A stretch of 64,000 nt of DNA from an uncultured delta proteobacterium (GTDB lineage Bacteria > Desulfobacterota > Binatia > UBA9968): positions 1 through 64,000 of the forward strand of contig CAWJZV010000022.1 in the NCBI GenBank assembly GCA_963847445.1. The letters run 5' to 3'. The position numbers and the translations under genes are program-made. How positions within the stretch are numbered: position 1 is the stretch's first letter; each line of letters starts with the position of its first letter. The notes beneath the pieces were generated by a model. That model did not search any database. It was not told the DNA's origin and saw only the letters and a list, made by a program, of their open reading frames with translations. Positions 1 through 10,602 of this stretch are shown here, in pieces.

Positions 1-1
1 G

Positions 2-55
2 GTAATCGAGCTATTCAAGAAACTCGTCGGCGCCGGACCGCTGCCGGCGCGGTGA
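2..55 (+). CDS. 3' end of a CDS running in from outside the window
   Basis: Open frame VIELFKKLVGAGPLPAR* ending in TGA at 53-55. Confidence 0.5.
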   Translation, partial: VIELFKKLVGAGPLPAR

Positions 56-127
56 CACCCGGGTAATTTTGACGGGCTAAGGACAGACTTGCCTTCTAAA
101 CAAGTCGAGCCAATTTACAATGTGTCA

Positions 128-292
128 ATGCCTGTCCCTCGTACCCCTCCTAACATCGTTCCGGTGAACGCGGGAACCCAGGTGAGGACACTATCCGTCA
201 TACCGTTGGAGAACGGTATCCAGGTGACGACCATGGGGATGCGCCATCCATCCGAAAAAGACGCGCACTCTTTGGGAGTGCGCGTCTTTTTT
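128..292 (+). ncRNA. candidate small RNA (family not recognised)
   Basis: TACAAT -10 at 116-121; two hairpins each followed by CCAGGTGA; CU-rich CCCCTCCT; ends at a strong terminator; no credible ORF. Confidence 0.35.
255..292. terminator. bidirectional intrinsic terminator
   Basis: AAAAAGACGCGCACTC-TTTGG-GAGTGCGCGTCTTTTTT. Confidence 0.85.
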
Positions 293-312
293 ATTGCGCT
301 GCTTCGGCTTGA

Positions 313-1126
313 TTACTTAGCTGCGCGCGTCGCGGTTAGCTTGGCACCGCCGCCATTGACTTCCATGCTGTTGCCCTGAACATGCCCGGTGTATTGGACG
401 CCGGCGCCGCTGAAGCTGATTTCTTCACCGTTCAGCTTGCCGTTGATCGGCGTGCTGACATTGCCGTTCTTGATCGTGCCGGTGATCGTCTGAAATGTTT
501 GTTTGAGGGCTATCTCGCCCTCGGCGGTTTTCCAGGTGCCCTGGACTTTGGCGGGGACGATCCACAGGTGAGCGGTGCACCAGTTGGTGCAGCCTTCGAC
601 CCGTTCGGTCTGATCCGGCTTCCAATCTTCCATGTCGAAAGAGTTCGACACGATGCGCGTGCCGGGTTTCAGGTCGAGGATTTTCGGCCGCAGCTTCAAT
701 TGATGCTTGGCAGCAGGAACATGGTGATGACTTGCGCCTGGGAAAAGTCGCTCTCGAATATATCGGCTTTGGCGAACGTGGCTTTGTCGCTGACGCCTTC
801 TTTCGCGGCGGTTTTCTTGAGATCTCAACCATGTCGGGGTTGTATTCGATGCCCAGCGCATTCGAGCCCTTCTTCGCCGCGGTGATGACGGTGCGGCCGT
901 CGCCGGAGCCGAGATCGATGACGTAGTCTTTCGGCGTGACCTTCGCCATTTCCAACATCTTCTCGACCAGCGCCTGCGGCGTCGGCACCCAGACGACATC
1001 CTTGCCGGCCTGGCCGACCTCCGGCTGAAATTCCTTCGCCGGTTGGGCGAAGCTGACGTTGCCGGCGACGTTGGTGACCAGCGCGGCGCTGACGAACACA
1101 CTAGCGGTTAATTTCTTTAGATCCAT
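313..1126 (-). CDS. class I SAM-dependent methyltransferase with N-terminal signal-like segment (frameshifted)
   Basis: DVVWVPTP and VIDLGSGDGR motif in ORF 425-1126; C-terminus LKLRPKILDLKPGTRIVSNSFDM in ORF 313-1101; paralog of 1282-2085. Confidence 0.85.
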
Positions 1127-1207
1127 TGCGATCCTCCTTAGCGGGAAAATATAGCAGTCGAAATTAGAATAGTGGAGAGGCCGATGAATTATTTCGTTGA
1201 GAAAATA

Positions 1208-1240
1208 GCGAGGCCCGAGCCGGGATGACTCGGGCCTCGC
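1208..1240. terminator. GC-rich hairpin between the tandem methyltransferase genes
   Basis: GCGAGGCCCGAG...CTCGGGCCTCGC inverted repeat. Confidence 0.55.
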
Positions 1241-1281
1241 CGCGCTTCGCGATCATCCGACGATAGTCGTAGGCTGAATCA

Positions 1282-2085
1282 CTAGCGGCGTGTCGCCGTC
1301 CACTTGGCGCCGTTTTTTACCATGCCTTCGATGGCATTGCCTGCGACCCGGCCGCTGTATTCGGTGGTGCCGGCGGTGAACGCAATCTGCTCGCCGTTCA
1401 ATTTCCCGTTCACCGGGGTTTCAACGCTGCCAGACTTGAGTGTGCCGGTAATGTTCTGAAAGGTCTGTTTCAAGGTTAATTCGCCTTGGGCTAATGTCCA
1501 GGTTCCCGCCACTTTTGCCGGCACGATCCACAGATGGGCGGTACACCAGGAGTTGCAGCCCGGCAAACTGGCGGTCTCGTCCGGTTTCCAATCGCCCATG
1601 TCGAAGGTGTTCGAGGCGATGCGCGTGCCCGGTTTGAGATCGAGAATCTTCGGCCGCAGCTTCAAATTTATGCTGGAGAGCAGGAACATGGTGATCACCT
1701 GAGCCTGGGAAAAATCGCTCTCGAAAAGATCGGCTTTGACGAAACTCGCCTTATCGCTGACGCCTTCCTTGGCCGCCGCCTTTTTCGACAGTTCCACCAT
1801 ATCGGGGTTGTATTCGATGCCCAGAGCCTTGGAACCGCGCTTGGCCGCGGTGATGACAGTGCGGCCGTCGCCGGAGCCGAGATCGATGACGTAATCCTTG
1901 GGTGTGACTTTGGCCATGTCAAGCATCTTGTCGACTAGACCTTGCGGCGTCGGCACCCGAATGACGTCCTTGCCGTCTTGGCCGACCTGCGGCTGAAACT
2001 CTTCCGCGGCGCGCGCAGATTGTCCCGCGCTGAAACCTAGACAAAGTATTAACGTTATTAACCGCACTGAAGTATTCGCTGACAT
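1282..2085 (-). CDS. class I SAM-dependent methyltransferase with signal peptide
   Basis: VIDLGSGDGRTVI motif I; GAGGAG RBS before ATG 2085; hydrophobic N-terminus ending ARA-AEE. Confidence 0.9.
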   Translation of the reverse strand: MSANTSVRLITLILCLGFSAGQSARAAEEFQPQVGQDGKDVIRVPTPQGLVDKMLDMAKVTPKDYVIDLGSGDGRTVITAAKRGSKALGIEYNPDMVELSKKAAAKEGVSDKASFVKADLFESDFSQAQVITMFLLSSINLKLRPKILDLKPGTRIASNTFDMGDWKPDETASLPGCNSWCTAHLWIVPAKVAGTWTLAQGELTLKQTFQNITGTLKSGSVETPVNGKLNGEQIAFTAGTTEYSGRVAGNAIEGMVKNGAKWTATRR

Positions 2086-2216
2086 GGCATCTCCTCGTAC
2101 ACTAGCTCGTTTTGCTACGGTCCAACTCAATACTCCAAGCAAACAAGAATGTCCAGGAAACCTCGGACGCTGTCCGACTATTTGAACGTTTTGAACGACC
2201 CGACCGGCTCAGAGTT

Positions 2217-3503
2217 CTAAGATTCTAGTTGTCGGATCACCGGGATGCGCCATGCGACCAGGGCGGTGAGGACGATGACGATGGCGCCCATGATCGCGAC
2301 CGTAGTTGGCGCGCCGATAAAGTGAGCGGAGGTGCCGGCGAACAACGCGCCCAGCGGCATGAAGCCGCGGTCGAGCATGTATAGACTGAGCACACGGCCG
2401 CGCAGCTCGTCAGGCACGATCATTTGCAGCATGGTGGCGGTACTGGCGAGAAAAAACATCTGAAATATACCGACGATCACCAACATTACCAAGGCCAGCG
2501 GAAACCAGGTGATCTGCGAGAATAAGATAATCGCGGCGCCGAGGACGAAAATGCTGCCGACCAAGAAGCGCCCCTGGCGCTTGATGCGGTTGCCCATCGA
2601 GGCCAAGGTCAAAATTGCTATCACGGCGCCGATACCGGGGGCGGCCATGAGCAGTCCCAATCCTTCCGGACCGATCTTGAGCACGTCCTTTTGAAACACC
2701 GGCATGAGCGTCTGGTAGGGCACGGCGAATATCCGCGGCACGTAAGCGAGCGCCATGAGGGCGAACACCGCCGGCGTCGACCAGACGTAAGCGAAACCCT
2801 CTTTGAGATTGGCCAGAGCTGAAGTGTGTCTGGCTTCGGCCCTCTGGGGCGGGACATTCATTCTATAAATCATCCACAGCACGCCGGCATAGGCCACAGC
2901 TTGGACGAAAAAATTCTCCGCCGCGCCAACCCAGGCGATCAGCGCTCCACCCAACGCCGGGCCTAGCACTTTCATCATATTGAAGCCGCCGGAATTGATC
3001 GCCACGGCGTTGGCGAGTTCGTCTTTGGGCACCGCACTGGGAATCAAACCCATGCGCACCGGCTCGGTGATGGTCCAAGCGACGCCGGTGATCAGGGTAA
3101 AAACAAAAATATGCCAGACATGTAGGTAAGGCGACCAGACCAAGCCGCCGAAGATGACGGCGGTGGCGATCAGCACCCATTGAGTGCCGAGCAAGAGTTT
3201 TCTCCGGTCCATGCGATCTGCGGCAACCCCCGCCATCGGTCCGGTGACTAGGAACGGCAGCGCGCGCAGACCGTTGAGCGCGCCGAGAAGCACCGAATTG
3301 CCAGTGAGATCGTAGAGCAGCCAGCCCAACGTGACTTGCTGCACCCACTGGCCGGCGCTCATCATGACCGTGCCGGTCCAGAGATAACGAAAGTCGGCGT
3401 GGCGCAGCGACGAAAAGGTGCGGAAGCGAGCGCGCGCTGGTGTGGCGGTGGTTGCGGTGTCGAGCGGCGCTGTTAGTTCATCGTCCAAGTGTCTAGTTTC
3501 CAA
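2217..3503 (-). CDS. MFS transporter (MFS_3 / H+ antiporter-like)
   Basis: 428 aa, about 12 hydrophobic segments, GVAADRMDRRK motif A. Confidence 0.9.
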   Translation of the reverse strand: METRHLDDELTAPLDTATTATPARARFRTFSSLRHADFRYLWTGTVMMSAGQWVQQVTLGWLLYDLTGNSVLLGALNGLRALPFLVTGPMAGVAADRMDRRKLLLGTQWVLIATAVIFGGLVWSPYLHVWHIFVFTLITGVAWTITEPVRMGLIPSAVPKDELANAVAINSGGFNMMKVLGPALGGALIAWVGAAENFFVQAVAYAGVLWMIYRMNVPPQRAEARHTSALANLKEGFAYVWSTPAVFALMALAYVPRIFAVPYQTLMPVFQKDVLKIGPEGLGLLMAAPGIGAVIAILTLASMGNRIKRQGRFLVGSIFVLGAAIILFSQITWFPLALVMLVIVGIFQMFFLASTATMLQMIVPDELRGRVLSLYMLDRGFMPLGALFAGTSAHFIGAPTTVAIMGAIVIVLTALVAWRIPVIRQLES

Positions 3504-3689
3504 AACCGTATAATATCATGAATTTTAATAAGTTCACTTCGTTCGAGAAAATCTTCTGTGCTTTCCCGACCTTTAAGGCCTCGGCATCGCTCGGCCTGTG
3601 CCAGATACATCGGGTTCGGAAGCACTCGCGGTTCGCACTTGCGGCGATGCCGCTGCACTGGGTTCCGTATCGCCTTGACGGCGATTATT

Positions 3690-4730
3690 TCATGGCAGCG
3701 TGTAGAACCGTTTGGCGTTTTCGCTGAGGATTTTGCGCTTGGCCTGCTCGGATAAATCCCGGCGCTGCCAGAACTCGGGGATATCGACGGCGAACTCGCC
3801 CGCTTGGCGTTCGTGGGGAAAATCCGTCGGGTACATCACATGATCTTCGCCGAGCTCGCGGACGACGGCGTCGAGAGTCTTTTCGTCGGTCTCGCAGGTG
3901 ACGTAGATGTTGCCGCGTTTGAAGTATTCGCTCGGTTTGATGCTCAATGGGAAATGTTTGCGCTTGCGGTCGATGTGAAATTTATCATCCATGCGGTCCA
4001 TCATGTAGGGAACCCAGCCGGCGCCGGCCTCGAGAAAGCCGATTCTCAGCTTGGGAAATAAATCGAACACGCCGTCCAAGACCACGCTGGTAAGTTGGAT
4101 CATCTGCGCCAGCGGATGTTCGAGGGTGTGGATCATCGACATGGTCTGGAGAAAGTCGAACCCCAAGCCGCGGCTGACGGCGCCGTGCACGGTCAGCGGC
4201 ACGTTGAGCGCTTCGGCTTCCTTGTAAATCGGGTGAAAGTCTTGGTGGCCGTAACCTTTGTTGAGCATCGTCACCGCCGGCAGCAGGCCGGCGACCATGC
4301 CGAGTTCACTGACAGCGCGGCGAAGCTCGCTCGCCGCTTCCCGCGGGTTGTGCACCGGCAGCATGGCGACGCCTTTCAGGCGCGGATCGACTTTGCAGTA
4401 GCGATCGGCCAGCCAGTTGTTGTACATGCGCGCGACCACGCAGGCCCAGTCGGGATCCTGGATAAGACCGAGGGAGAGGCCGGCGGTGGGATAGAGCACG
4501 GCGGCGCTGATCTGCGAACCATCGATGAAGTCGATCCACTCCTTGGCGGAAACGCGCGTGACTTTATTTAAACCCCGGACGAAGCCGCGCGGCCAACCGT
4601 CGAGTGAGGGAAAGATCGAAAAAACTCCCGAGCGCCGGTGGCCGGAGTAGTCGCCATCGAAGTATTCTTCCAACTCCGCGTCGGTCTCTAAAACGTGACC
4701 GTCGGCGTCTATGACTTGAACTCCATCCAT
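3690..4730 (-). CDS. amidohydrolase_2 family protein
   Basis: IDADGHVLE, VHG, FLEAGAGW and YPTDFPH motifs. Confidence 0.9.
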   Translation of the reverse strand: MDGVQVIDADGHVLETDAELEEYFDGDYSGHRRSGVFSIFPSLDGWPRGFVRGLNKVTRVSAKEWIDFIDGSQISAAVLYPTAGLSLGLIQDPDWACVVARMYNNWLADRYCKVDPRLKGVAMLPVHNPREAASELRRAVSELGMVAGLLPAVTMLNKGYGHQDFHPIYKEAEALNVPLTVHGAVSRGLGFDFLQTMSMIHTLEHPLAQMIQLTSVVLDGVFDLFPKLRIGFLEAGAGWVPYMMDRMDDKFHIDRKRKHFPLSIKPSEYFKRGNIYVTCETDEKTLDAVVRELGEDHVMYPTDFPHERQAGEFAVDIPEFWQRRDLSEQAKRKILSENAKRFYTLP

Positions 4731-4937
4731 GACGAGTCTTCTCCAGCCAAACAAATCGAACAATTATCGTTGGCTTAACACCCCGGCGCGATTTGTGTCA
4801 ACGCCGTGACGGGAACGGATGAGATCTGTCATTTCCCTCATGGATTAATGTTTTCACCACGAAGTGTCATGAGCTTGCGCACGCCTACAGAGAATGAAAA
4901 TTGTTCGCAGTCCCAGAATCTATCCCTTCCTCAATTC

Positions 4938-5012
4938 GTCATTCCCGCGCACGCGGTATCCAGGTTTGGTCTGCGCCCAATTAACCTGGATTTCCGCCTT
5001 CGCGGGTATGAC
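4938..5012. repeat. GTCATTCCCG...CGGGTATGAC palindromic intergenic element
   Basis: Terminal inverted repeats with internal hairpins; related element at 53968-54053. Confidence 0.65.
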
Positions 5013-5091
5013 GGAGCCCCGCAGGCTCTGTGCACATCATACCCTCATCTGTATTTTCCAAGGAGGAGACGAAGAGCACGAAGACAGAAGG

Positions 5092-6084
5092 TTAGTAGCC
5101 GCTCGAGTGGATTCTCTGAATCAAAGTCGCGTCGAGGATCGATTCAGGTTTTAAGGATCGGAGCTTGGCATTGGTTCGGGTCAGAATGGAGTAGATCTTT
5201 TGCAGGCCTTCAGGTTTAGGCCTCAAATCGCTGCTGTAGGCCGCGACCATCGCGTGGTAGCCGGTTTCAGCGTCTTCGACGCGGTTGAGCCTGAGATGCT
5301 TTGCCATGGTCTTGAGCACGACCGATTTGTTTTCCGGTTTTTGAAAGAACCGCAGCGAATCGATAGTACCCTTGAGCAACGCTTCGTAGGTTCTCGGCTC
5401 CTGATGCGCGATGCTCTTCTTGACCACCAAAGACGAGCCAACGTAGGGGATCGGCGCGCGGCTTAAGTCGACCAGCAGCGTGTAGCCCTTTTTCTTGAGC
5501 GGCGCGCTGAAGGTCGAGCCCATCCATGAGGCCTGGGCACGGCCGGTTTCGAGTGCTTGGATGCGCGACGGCTGATCGCCGAGCACGATGAAACGGATGT
5601 TGTCGCGGTCGGGATCGAGGCCGAGGTAATCCAACGCCAGGATATTGTTCGCCCAACCGCCGCCGCCGATGCTTTGGATCGCAACCAATTTGCCCTTGAG
5701 ATCCTCCGGTCTCTTGAACTCGGGGCGCGCCATGAAGTCGCCCTCGGGGCGTTGGAACAGTGAGCCGATGATCACGACATCCAACCCTCCGGCGGCGAGA
5801 TTCAACACGGCGTTGGAGCTGGTCAGAACCGCATTCACATCGCCGGACGCCAATGCCGATGCGGCGAGCGATCCAACGCGCATGTAGATGACTTCAACGT
5901 TCAAGCCGTGCTTGCGGTAAAAACCTAGCTCGACGCCGACCCAGAGCACCGCGGGATTTTCGCCGCTGGTGCCGTTGGCGATGCGGAAGGTGGTGAGCGG
6001 TTGGGCGTTGGTCGTGGTCGTCGGGAAAATCGTGATAGCGATCGTGACGAGAAGTAGAGATATGATCGCGCGCGTATTATTCAC
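5092..6084 (-). CDS. ABC substrate-binding protein, SsuA/THI5 (NMT1)-like
   Basis: Signal peptide; GFYRKHGLNVEVI and DLKGKLVA motifs. Confidence 0.85.
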   Translation of the reverse strand: MNNTRAIISLLLVTIAITIFPTTTTNAQPLTTFRIANGTSGENPAVLWVGVELGFYRKHGLNVEVIYMRVGSLAASALASGDVNAVLTSSNAVLNLAAGGLDVVIIGSLFQRPEGDFMARPEFKRPEDLKGKLVAIQSIGGGGWANNILALDYLGLDPDRDNIRFIVLGDQPSRIQALETGRAQASWMGSTFSAPLKKKGYTLLVDLSRAPIPYVGSSLVVKKSIAHQEPRTYEALLKGTIDSLRFFQKPENKSVVLKTMAKHLRLNRVEDAETGYHAMVAAYSSDLRPKPEGLQKIYSILTRTNAKLRSLKPESILDATLIQRIHSSGY

Positions 6085-6242
6085 AAATAATCGTTCCTAA
6101 AGTTATAACCCTCGCCCATTCCGATGGAGAGGAGGGTGTGGTGCTCAGGGCATGTGTTGCGGTTAGTCATCCGATGGCGAATCTTTCCCGTCGACGTTTT
6201 GAATCGTTTTGAACGATTTGCGAACTGTGCGGCCAATTCGTC

Positions 6243-7335
6243 TTAGTTCGTCGGCAGGCCGTAGAAGCGCTCGGCGTTGCGGTAGCGCACGCCGTCTTTG
6301 TCTTCTTTCGTCAGCCGCGGGTTTTCGTCGAGTTCGTCCAGTTCTTCCTTGCAGGTTTGGTTATTGACCTCGTGCGGGAAGTCGGAGGAGAAGACAAACG
6401 GTTTGTTGCCGACCACGCTGACGGCGAACGGCAAGGTCAGCTCGTCGCCTTCGACACCGACGAAGATGCGGTCTTCGTCGACATGGCGCTTGATATAGTC
6501 GGTAATCGATCTCTTTGTCTCGCAGTTTCAAGAACCGGCCGCGCGGGTCATATTGCACATGGCTGTTCCAGGCGCGCTCGAGCCGCTCGATACAGTTGAC
6601 GAACCAGCCGGCGCCGGCTTCCATGAAACCGAAGCGGACTTTGGGATACTTGTCGAACACGCCATTGAAGAGAATTCCTGAAAAATTGACCATCTGGCCG
6701 AAGGGATGGCCCAGGGCGTTGACCGGCGCATAGGGCGTCATGTCGTCGAGTCCCATATTATCGTGGACGCCGCCGTGGATGCCGATGCAGCAGCCGAGAC
6801 GATTGGCCTCTTCATAGATCGGCCAATACTTTTCATCGCCGAGATGATTCTGCGCGCCGGCGACGCCGGTGCTGGGCAGCATGGCGCCGCAGAAGCCCAG
6901 TTCTTTTACGCTACGGCGCAGCTCTTTCACCGCTTCCGGCGGTTCCTGCAGCGGGATCAGGCTCAAGGCCTGAAAGCGCGAGCTTTTGCTCAAATATTCG
7001 TCGTGCATCCAGTCGTTGTAGGCGTGCGCCAGCTCGATCGCCCAGTCGAGACTGACGACGCGGCCGAAGGACAAACCGTTGGTCGGGTAGAGCACGGTGC
7101 TGGTCAGGCCGACATCTTCCATGAAGTCGATCCAGCCTTCGCGGCCGACTTTAGCGAAGGCGCCGGGAGGTAACGTGTGGGCGTTGGCCGAGTGCAAGTG
7201 GTCGTTGGGCGGATAGGGGCTGCGGCTCGAGCCGAAGCGGTCGCGATAGATTTCCGGCATGCGGCCGGCGATGGCGGAATGATCTTCCACCACATGGCCG
7301 TCGCCGTCGATGATTTTGTGCTTCTTGTTGCTCAT
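6243..7335 (-). CDS. amidohydrolase_2 family protein (frameshift near 6510)
   Basis: IIDGDGHVVED, GIHGG, MEAGAGW; C-terminal FSSDFPHE in ORF 6243-6434. Confidence 0.88.
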
Positions 7336-7371
7336 GGCTTTCTCTCCTAAAGGCTAGCTCTTTGCAAGATC

Positions 7372-7443
7372 GTCATTCTGAGGAGCGAGCGACGAAGAAT
7401 CTCGTGTTATCGGTCGAGATCCTTCGCTGGCGCTCAGGATGAC
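7372..7443. repeat. GTCATTCTGAG...CTCAGGATGAC palindromic REP-like element
   Basis: Inverted ends plus CGAAGAATCTC/GAGATCCTTCG inner stem; half copy at 22266-22292. Confidence 0.75.
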
Positions 7444-7461
7444 CCGCACGCGGCGAGCGGG

Positions 7462-8551
7462 TCAATTCGCCAACTGATAAAACCTCTTCGAGTTGCCGAA
7501 CAGGATCGCATCCTTGTCCGCCTGCTTGAGATTCGGATTCTCGCGCAACTCTTCGAGCTCGTGCTTGCAGGTCTCGGCATCGACTTCATGGGGATAGTCG
7601 GTGGAGAAAAGATAGGGCTTGTTGCCGGTGATGCGCACCGCTTCGCTGATGCTCAGCTCTTCGCCTTCGCAGCCGACGAAGATGCGGCCGTCGTCGATGT
7701 GACGGTTGATATAGTCGATGATCTTTTCGCCTTTCTTCAACTGCAAGAAACGGCCGCGCGGATCATGCTGCACATGGCTCGCCCAGGAGCCGTTGAAGCG
7801 TTCCATGCAGGTGAGCAGCCAGGCACAGCCGGCTTCCATGAAACCGATGCGCAGGCCGGGGAATTTGTCGAAGATGCCGTTGAAGATGATGCCGGCGAAG
7901 GCGATCATCTGGCTCATCGGATGGCCGAGCGCGTTGGGCACCGCGTAGGGGCTCATGTCGTCCATTAGCAAATTTTCATGGGCGCCGCCGTGGATGGCGA
8001 TGGCGCAGCCCAGTCTTTCCGCCTCGCCGTAAATCGGCCAATATTTCTGCGAGCCCAGGTGCGGCATGTTGACGCCCATGGAGGGCAGCATGGCGCCGCG
8101 AAAACCCGAGATCGCGGACAATCCGGCGCAGCTCGATCACCGCCTCCGCCGGATCTTGCAGAGGGATCAAGCCCATCGCCTTGAAGCGCGGGCTCTTCGA
8201 GAGATAGGTGTCGTGCAGCCAATTGTTATAGGCGCGCGCCAGCTCGATGGCCCAGTCGCGGCTGACGATCTTGCCGAAGGCGAGACCGGCGCTGGTGTAG
8301 AGCACCGTGGTGCCGATGCCGACATCTTCAAGAAACAGCTCCCAGCCCTCGCGGCCGACGTTGGCGAAGGCGCCCGGCGGCGTGATGTGGCGGTTCGCCG
8401 AATGGAGATGGTCGATGGGCGGAAACGGGTTCTTGCCGCGCGCTTCGGAAAAACTTCTGGCGACATACTCCTGCGGCATGTACTTGACGATCGACGCGAT
8501 GTCCTCGACCACATGGCCGTCGCCGTCGATAATTTTTTGTCCGGTGCTCAT
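7462..8551 (-). CDS. amidohydrolase_2 family protein (frameshift near 8105), paralog of 6243-7335
   Basis: IIDGDGHVVED...PPGAFANVGREGW; AIHGG; FSTDYPHE. Confidence 0.88.
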
Positions 8552-8739
8552 GATTTCTCCCTTTAAGTGGGTTTCTTGCGATGGTCTTCTTTTATAACGA
8601 AACGGGGGCTTAGGTCCAGATGGGAATGGGATTAGGAAATTGGCCGCAAAGAACGCAAAGTACTCAAAGGGGCGCAGAATACTGCGCCCTCGGAATCACG
8701 ATTGAGCTCAAAACTTAACCTGTGTATTGATTATCGGTT

Positions 8740-8778
8740 GAAAAAAAGAAGCCCCGCAGTGTTAACCGAGGGGCTTCG
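8740..8778 (-). terminator. intrinsic terminator of the aldolase gene
   Basis: GAAGCCCC...GGGGCTTC stem with an A-run on the + strand (U-tract on the - strand). Confidence 0.6.
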
Positions 8779-8854
8779 AGTCCGACCTTGAACTTGCTTC
8801 GAAAACTCGGCCCTGAGCTCGCCGAGGGAACCCTTGAACCTTGAACGAAAGAGC

Positions 8855-9830
8855 CTACGCGCTCTTGCGCGCAGGCTCTTTGACCAGCGGGTATTTCGCA
8901 CAGAGCGTCTTCCAGTACGCCGCGATCTTCTTGCTATTGTCTTTGACTTCGTCGGGGACGATGCGCCAGGGCGCGCGCAGCGGTCCGGCGGTGCAGTAGT
9001 CGGCTTCGTTGACGGCCAGTTTGAAAACGTTTTCGCGCCAGACGAGATTGCCGATGTTGGGGCCGACGCGGTTGACGCCTTCGAGATCGAGACAAATCTG
9101 CTTGGCGAGTTCCCAGTTCTGCGCCACAGCAAGCATCGCGCAGGGTCATCACCGGTGACGGTCCCATCCAGACATTGAAGGACCAGCAGCCCGCCGCGCC
9201 CATCTGGTAGTACGGATACATCTGCGTCTGGTTGACGAAGAGGCTCATCTTGCCCTTGGTGATGTTGGTCAGCTCGACGAATTGCAGCGGCGTGCGGTGG
9301 CTATCCTTCATGGCGACGATGTTGGGCTTCTCGGTGAGCTTTTTAAACGCGCTCACCGGGATCGTCACGCGATGATGGGTCGGGTTGTGGTAAATCATCA
9401 CGCCCATCTTCGGCAGCGCGTCGGCGACGTCGTGGTAAAACTGCACCGCGTTGTCGACGCTCGCTTGATAATAGAAGGGCACGCCGAGCAGCACGCCGTC
9501 AGCCCCGGCGTCTTGAGCGAACTTCGCCTGGCGGATCGCCTCGCGCGGATTCAAATTCGTGCAGCCGATAAACAACGGCACGCGCTTCTTGTTCGCCGCT
9601 ACGGTGGCCTCGATCAGCTTCTTATGCTCGTCCCACAGCAGCGTATGAAACTCGCCGAAGCTGCCGGTCGTCGTCAGTACGTTGCAACCGCCGTCGCTGA
9701 TAATTTTATCGACGGTGCGCGTCAGTTCGTCGGTATCGACCGTATCCGTCGCGTCGATGCGATCGCCATCCTTCTTGGTAAACGCCGGCATCATGGTCAT
9801 GATGCCCTTGAGATCGTTGGAAGTAATCAT
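8855..9830 (-). CDS. DHDPS/NAL-superfamily aldolase, NahE/PhdJ-like hydratase-aldolase subgroup (frameshift near 9130)
   Basis: TTGSFGEFHTL (GxxGE), GADGVLLGVPFY, AVQFYHDVADA, Schiff-base K in AMKDS, C-terminal GPLRAPW. Confidence 0.8.
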
Positions 9831-9985
9831 GCAAGTCTCCTTGAGTGGATTTTGCCGGATTCTCTAATAGGTGGGGGAGGGTGTCAAGGCGCGAATGGAT
9901 TTGTCGCGGACGTATATTGGCGCCGCCGGTTCCCTTGGCTGAAATATCGCGAGGATTGTTATTATTTTTATTTTGCGCTGGGCAG

Positions 9986-10014
9986 TTGACTTCACCCGGA
10001 GTAACCCGTACCTT
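9986..10014 (+). promoter_or_regulatory. sigma70-type promoter for the RRM gene (about 195-nt leader)
   Basis: TTGACT-17 nt-TACCTT. Confidence 0.45.
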
Positions 10015-10215
10015 CACTTATCTTCTTCAGTCAATGGCCTTCTGAGAGGACAGCAAAATATGAAGGCCTCTTTCCGTCTCTATCCTCTGATAGCAATTTC
10101 TAAATGACAATCCGACCAGAGCGGGGTTTTAGTTTTTTACGAGCCCAGGTTCTGCCCCTTTAGCAGTTAGATTCTCAGGATCAAAGACTTCAACACTGTC
10201 TCATAGGAGGACAAC

Positions 10216-10537
10216 ATGGGTAGTAAATTATATGTCGGTGGTTTGCCTTATTCAGTTACTGAAGGGCGTTTATCGGAACTTTTCGCGGCACATGGCACGG
10301 TGGATTCCGCCAATGTGATCTCGGATAAGTTTACCGGGCAATCGCGCGGTTTCGGCTTTGTCGAAATGTCGTCGAGCAACGAGGCGCAAGCCGCCATCCA
10401 GGCGCTCAACGGCACGCAATTCGAAGGACGCAGCCTGACGGTCAATGAAGCCAAGCCGATGGCCAAGCGCGATAACTTCGGCGGTGGCGGAGGCGGGCCG
10501 TGGCGGTGATCGCGACGGCGGCCGCAATCGCTGGTAG
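10216..10537 (+). CDS. RNA-binding protein (single RRM with Gly-rich tail)
   Basis: RNP2 LYVGGL and RNP1 RGFGFVEM; AGGAGG RBS; a 1-nt indel near 10497 hides the tail GRGGDRDGGRNRW* ending 10537. Confidence 0.92.
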
Positions 10538-10565
10538 TTTTCTCGTTACATAAGTAATTGGGAGT

Positions 10566-10602
10566 GGGGGAGGCATCTGGTCGGGATGCCTCCCTCTTTT
10601 TT
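10566..10602 (+). terminator. intrinsic terminator
   Basis: GGGAGGCATC...GATGCCTCCC followed by a T7 run. Confidence 0.85.

Noticed and set aside
128-292. 6S RNA, SRP RNA or glycine riboswitch
   Set aside because: No end-to-end rod with a central bubble, no SRP GGAA/AGCAG domain IV, no glycine aptamer core, and no downstream plus-strand gene.
89-379. 96-aa plus-strand ORF
   Set aside because: TTG start, no protein motif, runs through a strong terminator and overlaps the convergent gene.
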